From contig OY762428.1 in assembly GCA_963665665.1 (NCBI GenBank), positions 64,001-128,000 on the forward strand: 64,000 nt of DNA. Reading direction: 5' to 3'. Source of the DNA: Candidatus Kapaibacterium sp. Lineage in GTDB: Bacteria; Bacteroidota; Ignavibacteria; Kapaibacteriales; UBA2268. This document shows, in pieces, positions 9,931 through 21,332 of the stretch (positions are counted from its first letter, which is position 1; each line of letters begins with the position of its first letter). A program made the position numbers and the translations under genes. Under the pieces are notes generated by a model. The model searched no databases. It was given only the letters and a program-made list of their open reading frames with translations, and was not told the origin of the DNA.

Positions 9931-12714
9931 TTAATATAATCGTCCTCCCCTTTTCTCTATCTTCAAATCCTGAAGCTGCGGAGCCTTTATACCAAATCTC
10001 AGGTAAAATCCACGGGCAAATCCTGTTGGATACCAAGATGCCCGGAGCTCCCAGCAATGCAGGTCCTTGCTTATATCAACAGAAGGTGCCTGTATATTGT
10101 TGTTGATAAAATCATAGTTTATACTTGATGATATTCTCCAGGTAGTAGTCAGGTTCAGGCTGAAATTTGCTCCGAAGGAGATACTTCTGTTGATTTTGGA
10201 AAAAGAGTATAAACGATTGTAAGAAAACCTTAAATGCATTGATGCATTCCATGACCATGGCAACGCTGAATAGCCTGGAGTTCTGTCGCCGTAGTAATCA
10301 AAATCATTTACCCCTTCCTGATTTCTAAGAGTAAACCTGGAACCCAAAGAAGGCGCTTGAACGCTATCGGATTCTTCCTTATTTTCATCTTCCTCTTCAT
10401 AGTTGTCCCCGAATTTAATTCCATCGGATGAAAATGAAGTAGAGATAAAGAAACTGAGGCTTTGAACTCTCGCTATTCCTTTTCCCTCCTGGATAAGCAG
10501 CCTGTTGTAATTTCCCGTTATGCTATCTGATATACCGTCTTGCTTTTTAATTCTAAAATCATCATATAGCCCGAAACTGGCATTGCCGTTAAAATCAATA
10601 AATCCGAGCGAAGGGGCTCTGAAATTCATAGACAGAACTGAGAAATTCAAAGAATCGGCTGCCATATCATAGCTTAGTGAATTTGTAATATTGAGCAATT
10701 TTATCGGCTCGGCTTTTGTCGTATCGTCCGGCTGTATTTTTATCTCCAGGTCGTGATTATCTGAATAGGAAAGCATTTCTCTTTTCCTGGAACTTGCAAT
10801 TCCCCCGCCAACACTTTGATATTTTGAATATTTCACTTTCCTTCCGTCTGCCCCGATATATGAACCATAAAAGCCAAGACTCTCATCGGAAAGATCCGGA
10901 TTATATTTGTATGAAATACTTGGCTGCCATGTATGACGTGCCGCCTGAACACCAAAATATGAAGGCTTGATGAAAAACAGGAAAGGCCGGTTATCGTCTG
11001 CCATACCATAAAGCCTGGTTTGTATCCTTAATCCGTAGTTATAGGAATACTCTGTAAAAAAGCCATTTTCAAATGTTTCATGAACAAGTGAATCCTTGGG
11101 ATTAAAATATCTTGTTCCTCTTTTGAAATAATTATTTACACTCACCCCAACAGAAGGCTGTACAGTGAAATAGCCGAACTTGGGGCTGATGGATATTGAC
11201 GGGTTGTGACTTATTAATGCTCTGGTAGTTCTTATCACGGAATCTCTCTCGGTTTCATCTCCGGCATCCAGGGTCTGAATTTTTTTCTCCTTTCTGCTGG
11301 ATGCATTTGCCGAATATCTTAGCGAAACGTCACGCAGCCAGCTAACCGGGCTTGATGATGATACAATATTGCGAAGCGGAGTCCAGTTTGGCAACGAAAA
11401 AGTAAGGTTAGGTAATGTTTCACTATAGGATTGATCAATAATATTCTGGCTTCTCTGGTAGTTCATTGAAATATTGGCACCATTATCAAAATTTTTACTG
11501 TATGAAGCATAGGATTCAATAGTCTGCTGAAGCCTGTCGTTCATATTCCAGCTTGTGTTCCTATTAAAATCCTGAGATTTGAAATTCAGCCTGACATTAA
11601 CTTTTGAAGAAGGATCGATATCCTGCTTATGGTTCAGGTTAATGCTATATGCTTCTGTATATTTGTCGTCGGGATTATACCTTGTGTTTCCATAGCTCAT
11701 ATCCAGGTTTCCAACTATTCGGCGGTTGATATTCCATCTTGTTTTGTTTTTCATCAAATATCCGCCTTTTGAATAAAGGTCGGCAGTTATCTGGGTATCC
11801 CAGTAGTCACTTGCAGCATAATAGAATCCAATATCGTTAAATGTTACTCCACGGCTCTTTGAAAAGAAAAATGTGGGTATGATTATTCCCGATTGCCTTC
11901 CGCCCTTACTTGGGAAAAACAAACCAAAAGGGATGGCAAATATTGGCATATCCTCAACATAGAATATTATTGGATCAAGGAATACTTTATCTTTTGCTAC
12001 AATCTTCATTTCAGGAGAACCGAAATAAAAGTGCGGATGGGGATGATCGCAGGTAGTATAGTAACCGTCTTCAACAAATAATTCCTGTTCGGATACTCTT
12101 TTAATCTTATTTCCGAAATAGAAACCTTCGCTCATCTGTGTTTCGCCAAGTTCTATCAAGCCCTTTTTTGTTTTGAAATTGAAAACAATCACTTCCCCCA
12201 TAAATTCCTCGCCACTGTCATTGAACTTAGGAAATCCAATAGTATTGCCATTTTTATCTTTTCCTGTTCTGGCTGAAATTGTAGATTCCCCGAAATCTAG
12301 AGTAATGTTTTCCGCTTCAAGTTTTTGTACTTTATAATCGAGTTTGGAATCTCCCCTGAGATCCATTTTTTTCTTTCCAATTGTAAATTTAATAGTATCC
12401 CTGGCAGAATAATATACAATCGAATCCATACCGGATTTCGATGTTCTTACGTTTATTGAATCGGCTGCCATAGAAAGTGAATCCGCCAGAGTTCCGTCAA
12501 GCGTTACACTTGATGAAGACGGGCTGATTGTGGAAGAATGGGTTGAAAATCCGCTTATATTAAGTGAATCTGAATTGTTCTGAGGCATTGCATATAATAA
12601 TGAAGCAAAAAAAATAAAAAATGACGCCAATATGTATGGCCTTAGATAAGTTCCCCGGGAAAGGACACCCCTGTTGATATTACCAATGATTATTTTTTTA
12701 AACTCAGATTTCAA
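9931..12714 (-). CDS. lptD: Putative LPS-assembly outer-membrane protein LptD (Bacteroidota/Ignavibacteria type)
   Basis: YSARDTI, YTTCDHPHPHFY, PFGLFFP..GRQSGIIIP and the C-terminal DLHCWE...GIKAPQLQDLK motifs typical of this family. Confidence 0.75.
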   Translation of the reverse strand: MKSEFKKIIIGNINRGVLSRGTYLRPYILASFFIFFASLLYAMPQNNSDSLNISGFSTHSSTISPSSSSVTLDGTLADSLSMAADSINVRTSKSGMDSIVYYSARDTIKFTIGKKKMDLRGDSKLDYKVQKLEAENITLDFGESTISARTGKDKNGNTIGFPKFNDSGEEFMGEVIVFNFKTKKGLIELGETQMSEGFYFGNKIKRVSEQELFVEDGYYTTCDHPHPHFYFGSPEMKIVAKDKVFLDPIIFYVEDMPIFAIPFGLFFPSKGGRQSGIIIPTFFFSKSRGVTFNDIGFYYAASDYWDTQITADLYSKGGYLMKNKTRWNINRRIVGNLDMSYGNTRYNPDDKYTEAYSINLNHKQDIDPSSKVNVRLNFKSQDFNRNTSWNMNDRLQQTIESYASYSKNFDNGANISMNYQRSQNIIDQSYSETLPNLTFSLPNWTPLRNIVSSSSPVSWLRDVSLRYSANASSRKEKKIQTLDAGDETERDSVIRTTRALISHNPSISISPKFGYFTVQPSVGVSVNNYFKRGTRYFNPKDSLVHETFENGFFTEYSYNYGLRIQTRLYGMADDNRPFLFFIKPSYFGVQAARHTWQPSISYKYNPDLSDESLGFYGSYIGADGRKVKYSKYQSVGGGIASSRKREMLSYSDNHDLEIKIQPDDTTKAEPIKLLNITNSLSYDMAADSLNFSVLSMNFRAPSLGFIDFNGNASFGLYDDFRIKKQDGISDSITGNYNRLLIQEGKGIARVQSLSFFISTSFSSDGIKFGDNYEEEDENKEESDSVQAPSLGSRFTLRNQEGVNDFDYYGDRTPGYSALPWSWNASMHLRFSYNRLYSFSKINRSISFGANFSLNLTTTWRISSSINYDFINNNIQAPSVDISKDLHCWELRASWYPTGFARGFYLRFGIKAPQLQDLKIEKRGGRLY

Positions 12715-12836
12715 TGGTACCTGCTAAAATTCTATCAAGAATACATTTTTTCAACACCACTCCCCATAATTTTTAAAACGGGAAAGACGCAAAAAAGTTA
12801 GTCGCAATTTAGTTAAAAATTCTCATTATATAAATG

Positions 12837-12862
12837 AAAAGGCATCCCGGGGGATGCCTTTT
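12837..12862. terminator. Intrinsic terminator (bidirectional-looking)
   Basis: AAAAGGCATCCC-gg-GGGATGCCTTTT downstream of the 12885..17144 gene. Confidence 0.75.
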
Positions 12863-12884
12863 ATATTAATATATCTGAAAATAT

Positions 12885-15800
12885 CTATTTGGCAATTACA
12901 AGCCTTTCCGTACTTGTGAACGGCCCGGCAGTAATTCTGACAAAATATACGCCTGAACCCAGATCACTTGTTTCCACAAACTCTGTGTGTTTGCCAACAG
13001 TATAATTCTTATTGGATACAAGTTTCACCAGTTCGCTCGAAGAATTATATACTTCAATTTTGGCATCTACTTCAAGGCCCATGGTGAAGTTGAAATCAAA
13101 TCCATTGTTACCAACCGGATTTGGATTTATAGCCTCAGTACCGAATTCCTCGGCATTAATAACTACATTCCTCAAATCCTGAACGCAAATCTGGAATACG
13201 ATTCTGCCCGGAGAAGTAACTTTGTTTACACAGGCATCCCTTACATCAAAAGTAATATCGCCAAAATCTGGTGTAAAATCACCGGTACTATTCAGCATAA
13301 GAATAAAATTAGGAATTACAAGTATTCCATTGGATTTGATATAATCCATTGGATTAGTTGTTTCCCCGTAAAATGTAAGGGTTGCAATACTATCTTTATA
13401 ATCATAAGTTTCGGCAGCATTTACTGTCCATGAATCCGGTAAAACTCCGCCTTTTTTAACTTCGTCGCCATTTTCTCCTGCCCATTTCATCCAGGACATA
13501 TTATATTTAACCTCGACAATAAATGTAGTGACCTCTGCATCATTCCACTGATTTGAATTAACATTTACTGTGAACTGTTCACCTGTTCCCATACCGGGAG
13601 CAATATTAATAAGTTCAGGAAGGTCAAAGTTGACAGTTACAGAATAACCGGAACCTTCAACGTATGTCTCTGTCTCATAAATTGTGTTGTCAAGTCCGTC
13701 GTAATGATAATCTATCTGAACATTCGCCCTGAAATCACGGTCTGCATCAGGAATAAACCTGTACATAACATAAGCTGTTTCTGTTGCGGGTATAACGTCA
13801 GGTTTACTTAATAATTCAAAATAGCCGACATCTCCGGATATCAACTGAATATCATCAATATACATATCTGTTGTAGCAGCAGTATTTTCAATAAACAAAG
13901 AATCTACAGGTGAGTCGCAGAGCAGCCTTGAACCATAATCAATGAAGCCAACTTCAATACCAGTTTCGTATGAATGCCCGATAACTACAGTATCATTTTC
14001 TCTTCTCGGGTCGGGATCAGGGCCCGGGCCTCGGTCGGAAACAACAGTAACATGCTCAACAATATCGGCCATAGCTACATCAGGAAGGAAAGTTACATCA
14101 AGCTCGATCGATTCGCCCTGATTCAGTGTTACATCAGAAGGCGGAGTATTAACCCATGTAAAATCATTCTGAGCAGGATCAGACCATTCAATACTTTCAA
14201 TATATAACGGGGCTGACTCACTTACTGATTTGATTACAACTTTACCAACATCCGGGTGCTGATTGTTAACTTTTACTGCCGGCTGGAATTCGTATCCGGT
14301 AACAGTTATTTTTGGTTCAATTCCAATACCGTCCAGGTTACCGTATACTGACCCTACCGTGATATTTTCATCATCAAATTCAGGAACAATCGATACATGA
14401 TGTACTTCTTCGGTCTGTGGCTCATAAATTACCGGGATAATTATCTCCACAACTCCCGTTGATGATCCTTCAGGCCAGAGAGTAACAGGTAATTTAGGTT
14501 TGATATTGTCTTTATCAATGCTGAAGTTAGGATCGGCAGTTTCAAGGTTCACGTCAGAAACCCTGATTGGGTCGTTTCCAACATTACCGATCTTAACAGT
14601 ACTTTCATTAACTGTCAGGCGGCGTTTCTTGTGCCAGTCCATGGATGTAATATATGGCCCCGGAACCAATCCGCGTCCCTTCCAGTTAGAAATACTGTCT
14701 ACGCCTTCTGCATCTGAGTGTATCAGAATATCAAAAGAATATTTATTTGTGTCTTCCGGAGTGAAACAAACAGATTTTAATTCAATAGATTCATGCGGTG
14801 CAATTTTTATCGGAAGCGGAGGATCGGTGGGATCAGACAATGTGAACGGAGCCTGAATATTCTCAAATCCCGTAATCGTTAAGGTATCTGTTCCCTGATT
14901 CTCAATCAGAAGTCCGGTACCTGTGGCTTCTTCTTTGCAAAGTGTTTTTCCAACAGTTACAGCGCCGGCATCCCAGTCTTCAACCCAAATTCTCGGAACA
15001 ACGCCGCGGCCTTCGATTGGCCATGAGAAAGTCAGGCATTCGTTCTCGACAAGAATGGAATCAATATCCAGGTCATCAGGTTCAAGCCCTTCTTCAGTAG
15101 GAGTATATTGAACTTTAATCTCATGTGATTCGCCGGGCATTAAATCAAATTCCGGAGGTGCTTCGCCTTCGGTAATTATATAGAATTCTCCGAATTTTAA
15201 TTTTATACTGGTTACATTAACAACCGAATCACTTGTATTTGTAAGTGTTGCTGTCATTAATTTAGAAGTATTCAGCCTGACGTTGCCAAATACCAGCCTT
15301 GAAGGGTCAAGTTCCAGGCTGTCGGCAGAATACCTGACTGAATCGATTGCAGTATTACCCGCACGGTCGGTAACAGCATATATTGCAAAACCGGAACGGA
15401 ATTTATCTTTTACTTTCAGGAAGAAAGTATATTCATACAATGGGGGCCATGTTTCAAATGGATCCGGAAGATCGAGTTCGTAATTATAACTATCTTCCAG
15501 AAGTTCTATCTGCGATATACCCTGATCAACCTGAAGCGGGTCGTCTCCTTCAACTCCGTTGCGAACTTCAGTGGCAACAATAGTATAATCACCACAATCT
15601 TCTTCGTAGCTTAGTTCCGGCTCGAGAGTATCAGTTTCATCAAGTTTATTCAAAGCCATGGCAGCCGGCCAGCCATAGGAGTCAAACTGGCTAAATCCAT
15701 ATATATATCCGCCAAATTTTGTATCACCTTCTACCTTGTGAGCTCCGGGCTGGACATCTATCTTTGCCCAGTACAGATTTGTAGTCGGAATTCTGTTCAG

Positions 15801-17144
15801 GATGAAAGAACCGTCGATATTCCAAATTGGTCTGCCATCCAACTTAATTGATTTCAGATCCTCATGGGCTTTATCAGATGTATCTCCAACGGCAATGATA
15901 TTGAAGTGGTTTGTATTGAAAGAGTCGTTTGCGGGAGTCTGGAATACAGTAGCCGGTATAAACTGCTCAACAGGTACAACAAGAATCATGAACGGGTCAA
16001 ATATCGGATCCCCGTCCCAGTTTGCTGAATATGAATACTGCATAACCAAAGCAGGTTTATCCATTTCAAATACAGACATACCTTTAATGGAACTAAGGCC
16101 ATGCCCCAGACGAACGGGGACTTCAAGATATTCGGCGTATTCACCGTCATCAAGCCAGCCTTCCCAGGTTCCAAGCTGTTTATTGCTTCCAATATCGTAA
16201 TATTTGCATTTGAAGTGAGTATCATCCTCAGAACCAACTATTCTGAAATAATCACCCTGGCGTTTTGGCCTTTTATATTCCACTGTTGCATAATTTTTAC
16301 CCCAGGCAGTAACCGGAGGCATCATTTCAGCAAGGTGATCTCGTCCGTTATTAATATCCCATACAGGAATAATTGTTCTCATGTGTGTAGAGATCAGGCC
16401 AATTGGATTGTTGGCAGTAATACGCGAACCAGTCATATCAAACTGCCCACGGGTTTTACCATTTCCGCGAACGTAATAAACCTGGCCGGGATCCATTTTT
16501 TTGGTAGACCAGGAGTCGCCCATATCACGGCCTTTCATTGTTGTAGCATATCCGTATCCAACGCCCCTGAGCTGAATATCAGCACGGGTTCTTGGCATTG
16601 TGGAAATAATTATAAATCCCGATGCCCATTCCCTGACTTCATCAAAATCATAATATGAGCAATGTATATAGTCAGTTCCAAGTGCAGAAGTAGGAATTCC
16701 AAGATATCCTTCAGATGTTGTTACTTTTGCGTTCAGTACATACACTGAAATTGGCTGATCGGCAAAAAGCCTTAAACCCTTATCAAGTACAACTTCACTT
16801 TCACGAACCTCCCACATATAAGTACATTCCCCTGTTACACTGGAAAATGTTGTAATTTTCAGCGGTTCCACAGGTTTGGTTATATAAACCCCCATACCGG
16901 GAGATTCAAGTGTTACATTAGTCTTTTTGGATGCTGTCACATATATCTCTAACACTCTTGTTTGAGAATACTGACTTACCTCGTTAGCCGGAATGGCTAT
17001 CCAGAATTCACGCCCCTGCGCCGAATTAAAAAGCATGTGCTCTTTAATTTTCTCCATTTTCTTCTTGTCAACTTGTGATTGAGCAGGAACAAAACCTACC
17101 ATAACAGCCAACAATATAGCTGCTAAAACAATTTTATATCTCAT
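12885..17144 (-). CDS. Large secreted protein: IgGFc-binding-like head, several Ig-like (choice-of-anchor D/ASH-like) domains, cohesin-like domain, T9SS-type C-terminal domain
   Basis: Signal peptide; GREFWIAIPAN; repeated FG.V...N....V..I....F...P...L.PGES..I.V.Y.P units; C-terminus INPNPV...LGSGVYFVRI...RLVIAK. Confidence 0.75.
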   Translation of the reverse strand: MRYKIVLAAILLAVMVGFVPAQSQVDKKKMEKIKEHMLFNSAQGREFWIAIPANEVSQYSQTRVLEIYVTASKKTNVTLESPGMGVYITKPVEPLKITTFSSVTGECTYMWEVRESEVVLDKGLRLFADQPISVYVLNAKVTTSEGYLGIPTSALGTDYIHCSYYDFDEVREWASGFIIISTMPRTRADIQLRGVGYGYATTMKGRDMGDSWSTKKMDPGQVYYVRGNGKTRGQFDMTGSRITANNPIGLISTHMRTIIPVWDINNGRDHLAEMMPPVTAWGKNYATVEYKRPKRQGDYFRIVGSEDDTHFKCKYYDIGSNKQLGTWEGWLDDGEYAEYLEVPVRLGHGLSSIKGMSVFEMDKPALVMQYSYSANWDGDPIFDPFMILVVPVEQFIPATVFQTPANDSFNTNHFNIIAVGDTSDKAHEDLKSIKLDGRPIWNIDGSFILNRIPTTNLYWAKIDVQPGAHKVEGDTKFGGYIYGFSQFDSYGWPAAMALNKLDETDTLEPELSYEEDCGDYTIVATEVRNGVEGDDPLQVDQGISQIELLEDSYNYELDLPDPFETWPPLYEYTFFLKVKDKFRSGFAIYAVTDRAGNTAIDSVRYSADSLELDPSRLVFGNVRLNTSKLMTATLTNTSDSVVNVTSIKLKFGEFYIITEGEAPPEFDLMPGESHEIKVQYTPTEEGLEPDDLDIDSILVENECLTFSWPIEGRGVVPRIWVEDWDAGAVTVGKTLCKEEATGTGLLIENQGTDTLTITGFENIQAPFTLSDPTDPPLPIKIAPHESIELKSVCFTPEDTNKYSFDILIHSDAEGVDSISNWKGRGLVPGPYITSMDWHKKRRLTVNESTVKIGNVGNDPIRVSDVNLETADPNFSIDKDNIKPKLPVTLWPEGSSTGVVEIIIPVIYEPQTEEVHHVSIVPEFDDENITVGSVYGNLDGIGIEPKITVTGYEFQPAVKVNNQHPDVGKVVIKSVSESAPLYIESIEWSDPAQNDFTWVNTPPSDVTLNQGESIELDVTFLPDVAMADIVEHVTVVSDRGPGPDPDPRRENDTVVIGHSYETGIEVGFIDYGSRLLCDSPVDSLFIENTAATTDMYIDDIQLISGDVGYFELLSKPDVIPATETAYVMYRFIPDADRDFRANVQIDYHYDGLDNTIYETETYVEGSGYSVTVNFDLPELINIAPGMGTGEQFTVNVNSNQWNDAEVTTFIVEVKYNMSWMKWAGENGDEVKKGGVLPDSWTVNAAETYDYKDSIATLTFYGETTNPMDYIKSNGILVIPNFILMLNSTGDFTPDFGDITFDVRDACVNKVTSPGRIVFQICVQDLRNVVINAEEFGTEAINPNPVGNNGFDFNFTMGLEVDAKIEVYNSSSELVKLVSNKNYTVGKHTEFVETSDLGSGVYFVRITAGPFTSTERLVIAK

Positions 17145-17339
17145 AAGGCACTCATAAAAAAAAATATTAATAAAAATTACTCCAATTCATATATACTTCA
17201 AGGCAAAAGACCCTGAAAAACAACTCGCAAACACCATCTACAAAGTTAAAAAAAAAATTAATAACAGCAATTCTTTAAAAATTGCCACTATTTTCCAACT
17301 TTTTTAACAAACAGATGAAACAAAAAATAGTTTCACGTG

Positions 17340-20252
17340 TTACTGCAAAAATATTAATTTTTTTGTATAAATTTTGTCTTTTGTATCAACTTTAAGGAAA
17401 TAAACTCCAGAAGGAATTTTTGGCAGTAGTAAATCAATGATATTATTCTCAGGAATGATAATTTTCCTGGAAAAACCTTCAACCGTTACTCCGTCCTGAT
17501 CTATCAGTGAAATAATGCCATTGCTGAATTTATCAGAATTAATAATTATTTTGAATTCCCTGCCCCTTATCGGATTAGGACAAATTGTGATATCATCTTC
17601 CCGGGTATAAGTTTCTTCAATTCCGGTAACTACTGATATAAGGCCATTGTATAATTCAAGGTCAATGCACCTGTCGTAATTTCCCAACCGGGCAGATTTA
17701 ATTTTCACTTCAACTTCGCTATCGGATTGTAACAATCGGAATACAGGAAAGAAAAGCGGGCCATCTGTTTTCAAAGGCTCATTGCCCTCTCCTGATACTG
17801 TAAGTTCAGCCAAACCATTCGAATTCTCAACTTTTTCAACTGCATTAAGCACCCAGCCCAATTCGCTTAACTGATTATCAGGAATAATATTATTCTGAGT
17901 ATCATTATCAAGTTTAATAAGGTTTGAATTATATTCAAAAACAATATTGAAACTGTTAATTTCAATTTGTTCAAGCTCCTCAGAATCAATTAATAAAGGG
18001 AAAGAGTTCTCATAAACTCCTGTTTTTTCATACTCATTCAGGCCTGCAATCAGCAACAGGCCTAAAGTAACATGGTATTTCTTCCCGAAACCAGATAATT
18101 CGGATGATTTTTCGGTATAAACATTATCCCCGAAATCATATTCAATCTCTACTGACGATTCGGAATATTTTCCCGCAGTTGGGAAATACTGATAAACAAC
18201 ATTTTCATAAGATGATTCTTTTATCAGTGAGGGTAATTCCAAAATTCGGAAATCTTCCTGATTCGACAGGTAAATATCCCTGATATTCATTTTGGCTATT
18301 GTACTCATATTGTAAATTCTGAATGAATCGATCTTTGTTTCACAAGCCGAAACTTCTCCAATATCCCTGCTTTGAACGCTTATTCCAGCATCATAGGCAT
18401 ATCCGGTTAAAGTTACGCTGTCAATAACAACAGGATAGTTATCCGGGCCCGGTGCAGCATCAGAATAAATATAGAAAACCTCTTTTCTGAAACCTGGTTT
18501 TTCCGGTTTAAATTCTATGCTGTCAATAATAAAGGAACTACCGCCATTGATAACAATGTTTTCAGGAAAATCAGAATTGAAAACAAACTCGGAATTATCA
18601 CCGCTTCTTTCAATTTTATATATTGTCAAATCCGAACTTAATGCTTCTGATTCAAGTACAATTTTTCCGAACAACTGATGTTTTTCCATTACTCTTACAG
18701 GTTTCAGAAACTCATACCCTTTTGCTTTTAATTTTGGTAAAAAACCAGTTCCTATAAGATTACCGTTTTTTATCTCGATATTATCATCGTTATTACACAC
18801 CACTGTTATTTCGGATTTCCTTTTGCCGGTTTTCTGAGGGATAAACCTGACCGGAACCTTTATTACCCTGATTCCGGATTTACTGTCGGAAGGGTTCAAT
18901 GTAAGCGGTACATGAGGATAAATATTATCCTCGATTATTTCAAAATCACCATAGTTATTGTCAATTAGTATATCGTTAATTTCAACAGGAAGGTTTCCTG
19001 TATTTGTTATGGAAATTGTTTCAACATTGTTGGATTTCACTCTTTTCAAGCCGAAAAGAGCCGATTCAAGAACGGCAGTTCCCTGCACTGATTTTGCCTT
19101 CCATGTTGAGATACTGTCCCATCCTGTTGCATTACTTCTGAAAAAGACATCAATCGAGTGATCTTTCATATCTGAAGCAGTAAAGTAAATATCCTCAAGC
19201 TGAGTTGTTTCTCCGGGCAACACAGAAATTGGAAAAGAGCCGATTAATTCTTCGGACATTGAAAATGGTGGTAGAACATTTTCTATTGAAGTAATTATCA
19301 ATGTATCAGAACCAGGGTTGCTTATCTCAAGACCTTTGCCGTTTTGATTAATGTAACTGATAATGTTACCTTTTTTTATTTCGCCGGCATCCCAATCCTG
19401 GACAATAATTCCGGGTGCAATTCCCCTTCCTTTCAATTCCTTTTTATAAGTCAGGCATGAAGTATTAATAATAATTGTGTCTGTATCAAAATTGTCAGCT
19501 GATTCTTCAATCGGTGAAAATTCAACATGAATTGGAAAAACATCACCCGGTTCAATTAAAACAGAGGATAATGGGACATCCTCGCAAAATTTAAACCGGC
19601 TGTTTTCCTTCAGGGAAATATCTTCCAAATAGAAAGGATTTTCGGAACTATTACTTATAATTACAAACTGCTTAAAAGAACGGCTTACTCTGACATTGCC
19701 AAAGTCCAGCCCGGAAATAAATTCAATTCTTTGTGGCTGGTAAAACGCAGAATCAATTGCCACATTACCAGCCCGGTCGATAACAGCTATATAAGCTACC
19801 CCGTTATCATAAGGATTTTGAACTTTCAGTTCGAACTGATAATTAAATTTTGGGGGCAGAGGGTCAAATTCATCATAATCCACAATAACAAAATTATCAG
19901 ATCCGGACAGTAATTGCATATCGGCTATTCCTGTTTCAACCTGCCTCGGTGTCAGGTCGTCAATAAAATCGCCATTCCTTGTTTCTGTAGCAAAAATAAA
20001 AAACTCATCGCAATCGGGAATAATCGAAAACCTTGGCTCAAGAGTATCGGTTTCCATGTTGTCCTGATGATCATTATTATATTCATCAGATTCATCCTCC
20101 TGATTGTCTTCTTTTTGCTCATCCAAAATTATATCATATTCGGGATCAACATGGTTGGTATCAGGTATCTCATCAGATAAAACTGCAAAAGGGCATAAGC
20201 CAATAATTACGGCAAATGCCAATAAGACATAAAATCTAATTTTTTTTAACAT
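17340..20252 (-). CDS. Secreted Ig-like-domain protein with T9SS-type C-terminal domain; paralog of 12885..17144 lacking the IgGFc-like head
   Basis: After a short acidic linker it begins at ETDTLEP...ATETRNG...QVETGI, colinear with the neighbour; C-terminus ICPNPI...PSGVYFLKV...KKLIFLQ. Confidence 0.72.
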   Translation of the reverse strand: MLKKIRFYVLLAFAVIIGLCPFAVLSDEIPDTNHVDPEYDIILDEQKEDNQEDESDEYNNDHQDNMETDTLEPRFSIIPDCDEFFIFATETRNGDFIDDLTPRQVETGIADMQLLSGSDNFVIVDYDEFDPLPPKFNYQFELKVQNPYDNGVAYIAVIDRAGNVAIDSAFYQPQRIEFISGLDFGNVRVSRSFKQFVIISNSSENPFYLEDISLKENSRFKFCEDVPLSSVLIEPGDVFPIHVEFSPIEESADNFDTDTIIINTSCLTYKKELKGRGIAPGIIVQDWDAGEIKKGNIISYINQNGKGLEISNPGSDTLIITSIENVLPPFSMSEELIGSFPISVLPGETTQLEDIYFTASDMKDHSIDVFFRSNATGWDSISTWKAKSVQGTAVLESALFGLKRVKSNNVETISITNTGNLPVEINDILIDNNYGDFEIIEDNIYPHVPLTLNPSDSKSGIRVIKVPVRFIPQKTGKRKSEITVVCNNDDNIEIKNGNLIGTGFLPKLKAKGYEFLKPVRVMEKHQLFGKIVLESEALSSDLTIYKIERSGDNSEFVFNSDFPENIVINGGSSFIIDSIEFKPEKPGFRKEVFYIYSDAAPGPDNYPVVIDSVTLTGYAYDAGISVQSRDIGEVSACETKIDSFRIYNMSTIAKMNIRDIYLSNQEDFRILELPSLIKESSYENVVYQYFPTAGKYSESSVEIEYDFGDNVYTEKSSELSGFGKKYHVTLGLLLIAGLNEYEKTGVYENSFPLLIDSEELEQIEINSFNIVFEYNSNLIKLDNDTQNNIIPDNQLSELGWVLNAVEKVENSNGLAELTVSGEGNEPLKTDGPLFFPVFRLLQSDSEVEVKIKSARLGNYDRCIDLELYNGLISVVTGIEETYTREDDITICPNPIRGREFKIIINSDKFSNGIISLIDQDGVTVEGFSRKIIIPENNIIDLLLPKIPSGVYFLKVDTKDKIYTKKLIFLQ

Positions 20253-20431
20253 TCCGGCCTCCGCTTATTTATTCGGGATACTCTGCCGGTCCTTACTTAT
20301 CCAATCAAGTCATCATTTTATCAAGTTCAAATTCCCTGTGCCCGTTGATTCAAAATTCTTCCCGAATAAAGATATAAAACACTTATATGCTCCTTGTAAT
20401 CATAACAGATGAAAAATAAAAAAATTTCATC

Positions 20432-21184
20432 TTACAGATAAATTTTTTCTGCATTAGCAGGATAATCAAACCTAAGCCCTGATTTATCAAGGGAATTCAA
20501 AGTATACTTTTTGATTTCAATAGTAAGTTTTCCTTCGAATTCAGGAAATTCTGCTTTGATTATTGCCGGCAGTTTCATTCCATCGTAATCGGAATACTCA
20601 GAATAATAAACATTTATCACAGTTTCACCGTCCTTGTTGATTCTCTGGTATTGAACAATTGTTGAATCAGCCGGATTTATTAGTGAGTATTCAACATATT
20701 CCCCTGTATTATTTTCGAATAACACATGACCTTTCTCAGACTTATAATCCGAAACTTTATATTCTTCCGGATCGGCAGGTGTTTCATTCCTGAGGATTTT
20801 TACAAGGTCATTGAATGAAAGAGGCAGATTAACAGCCCGCCGGAGATTTTCCTCGCTTGGGGAACCCAGATAAACATTGTTTTCAAAAATATTATAAAAA
20901 ATCAATTCCTTTTCTGAACTGAACATCCTGCCCAGAGGTATTCCCAAAGGGCCGTGTAATACCATCGATACAGAATCAGAGCCGGCAATCATCACGTTTG
21001 TATTTGCACTGTTGTTTAATTCAGGCATATCAATTACAACCGATGCCTTCATTTCAAGTGTATGTATACTATTTTTATTCTCAGGATGCGTTGAAAGCAG
21101 CTGATATTTATCATGCTGCTGCACTGTTGAACAGGATGACAATATTAGTGCTGTCAGAAATGCGATTAAAAAATATTTTCTCAT
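20432..21184 (-). CDS. Lipoprotein, DUF4292/LolB-like
   Basis: Lipobox LILSSC; DSVSMVLHGPLGIPLGR segment typical of DUF4292-like proteins. Confidence 0.6.
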   Translation of the reverse strand: MRKYFLIAFLTALILSSCSTVQQHDKYQLLSTHPENKNSIHTLEMKASVVIDMPELNNSANTNVMIAGSDSVSMVLHGPLGIPLGRMFSSEKELIFYNIFENNVYLGSPSEENLRRAVNLPLSFNDLVKILRNETPADPEEYKVSDYKSEKGHVLFENNTGEYVEYSLINPADSTIVQYQRINKDGETVINVYYSEYSDYDGMKLPAIIKAEFPEFEGKLTIEIKKYTLNSLDKSGLRFDYPANAEKIYL

Positions 21185-21332
21185 GGCTTACTAAGTTATT
21201 TTATTTTGAAATTTATAATTAAATTGAATTTACCATTTTAACAAATAATTTTCAAGTTAAAATTATTTGTTGAAAATGCTTTAATAGTTAAGTCGTCTTG
21301 ATTTTTATTATCAACAAATTATAGGACGAAAA

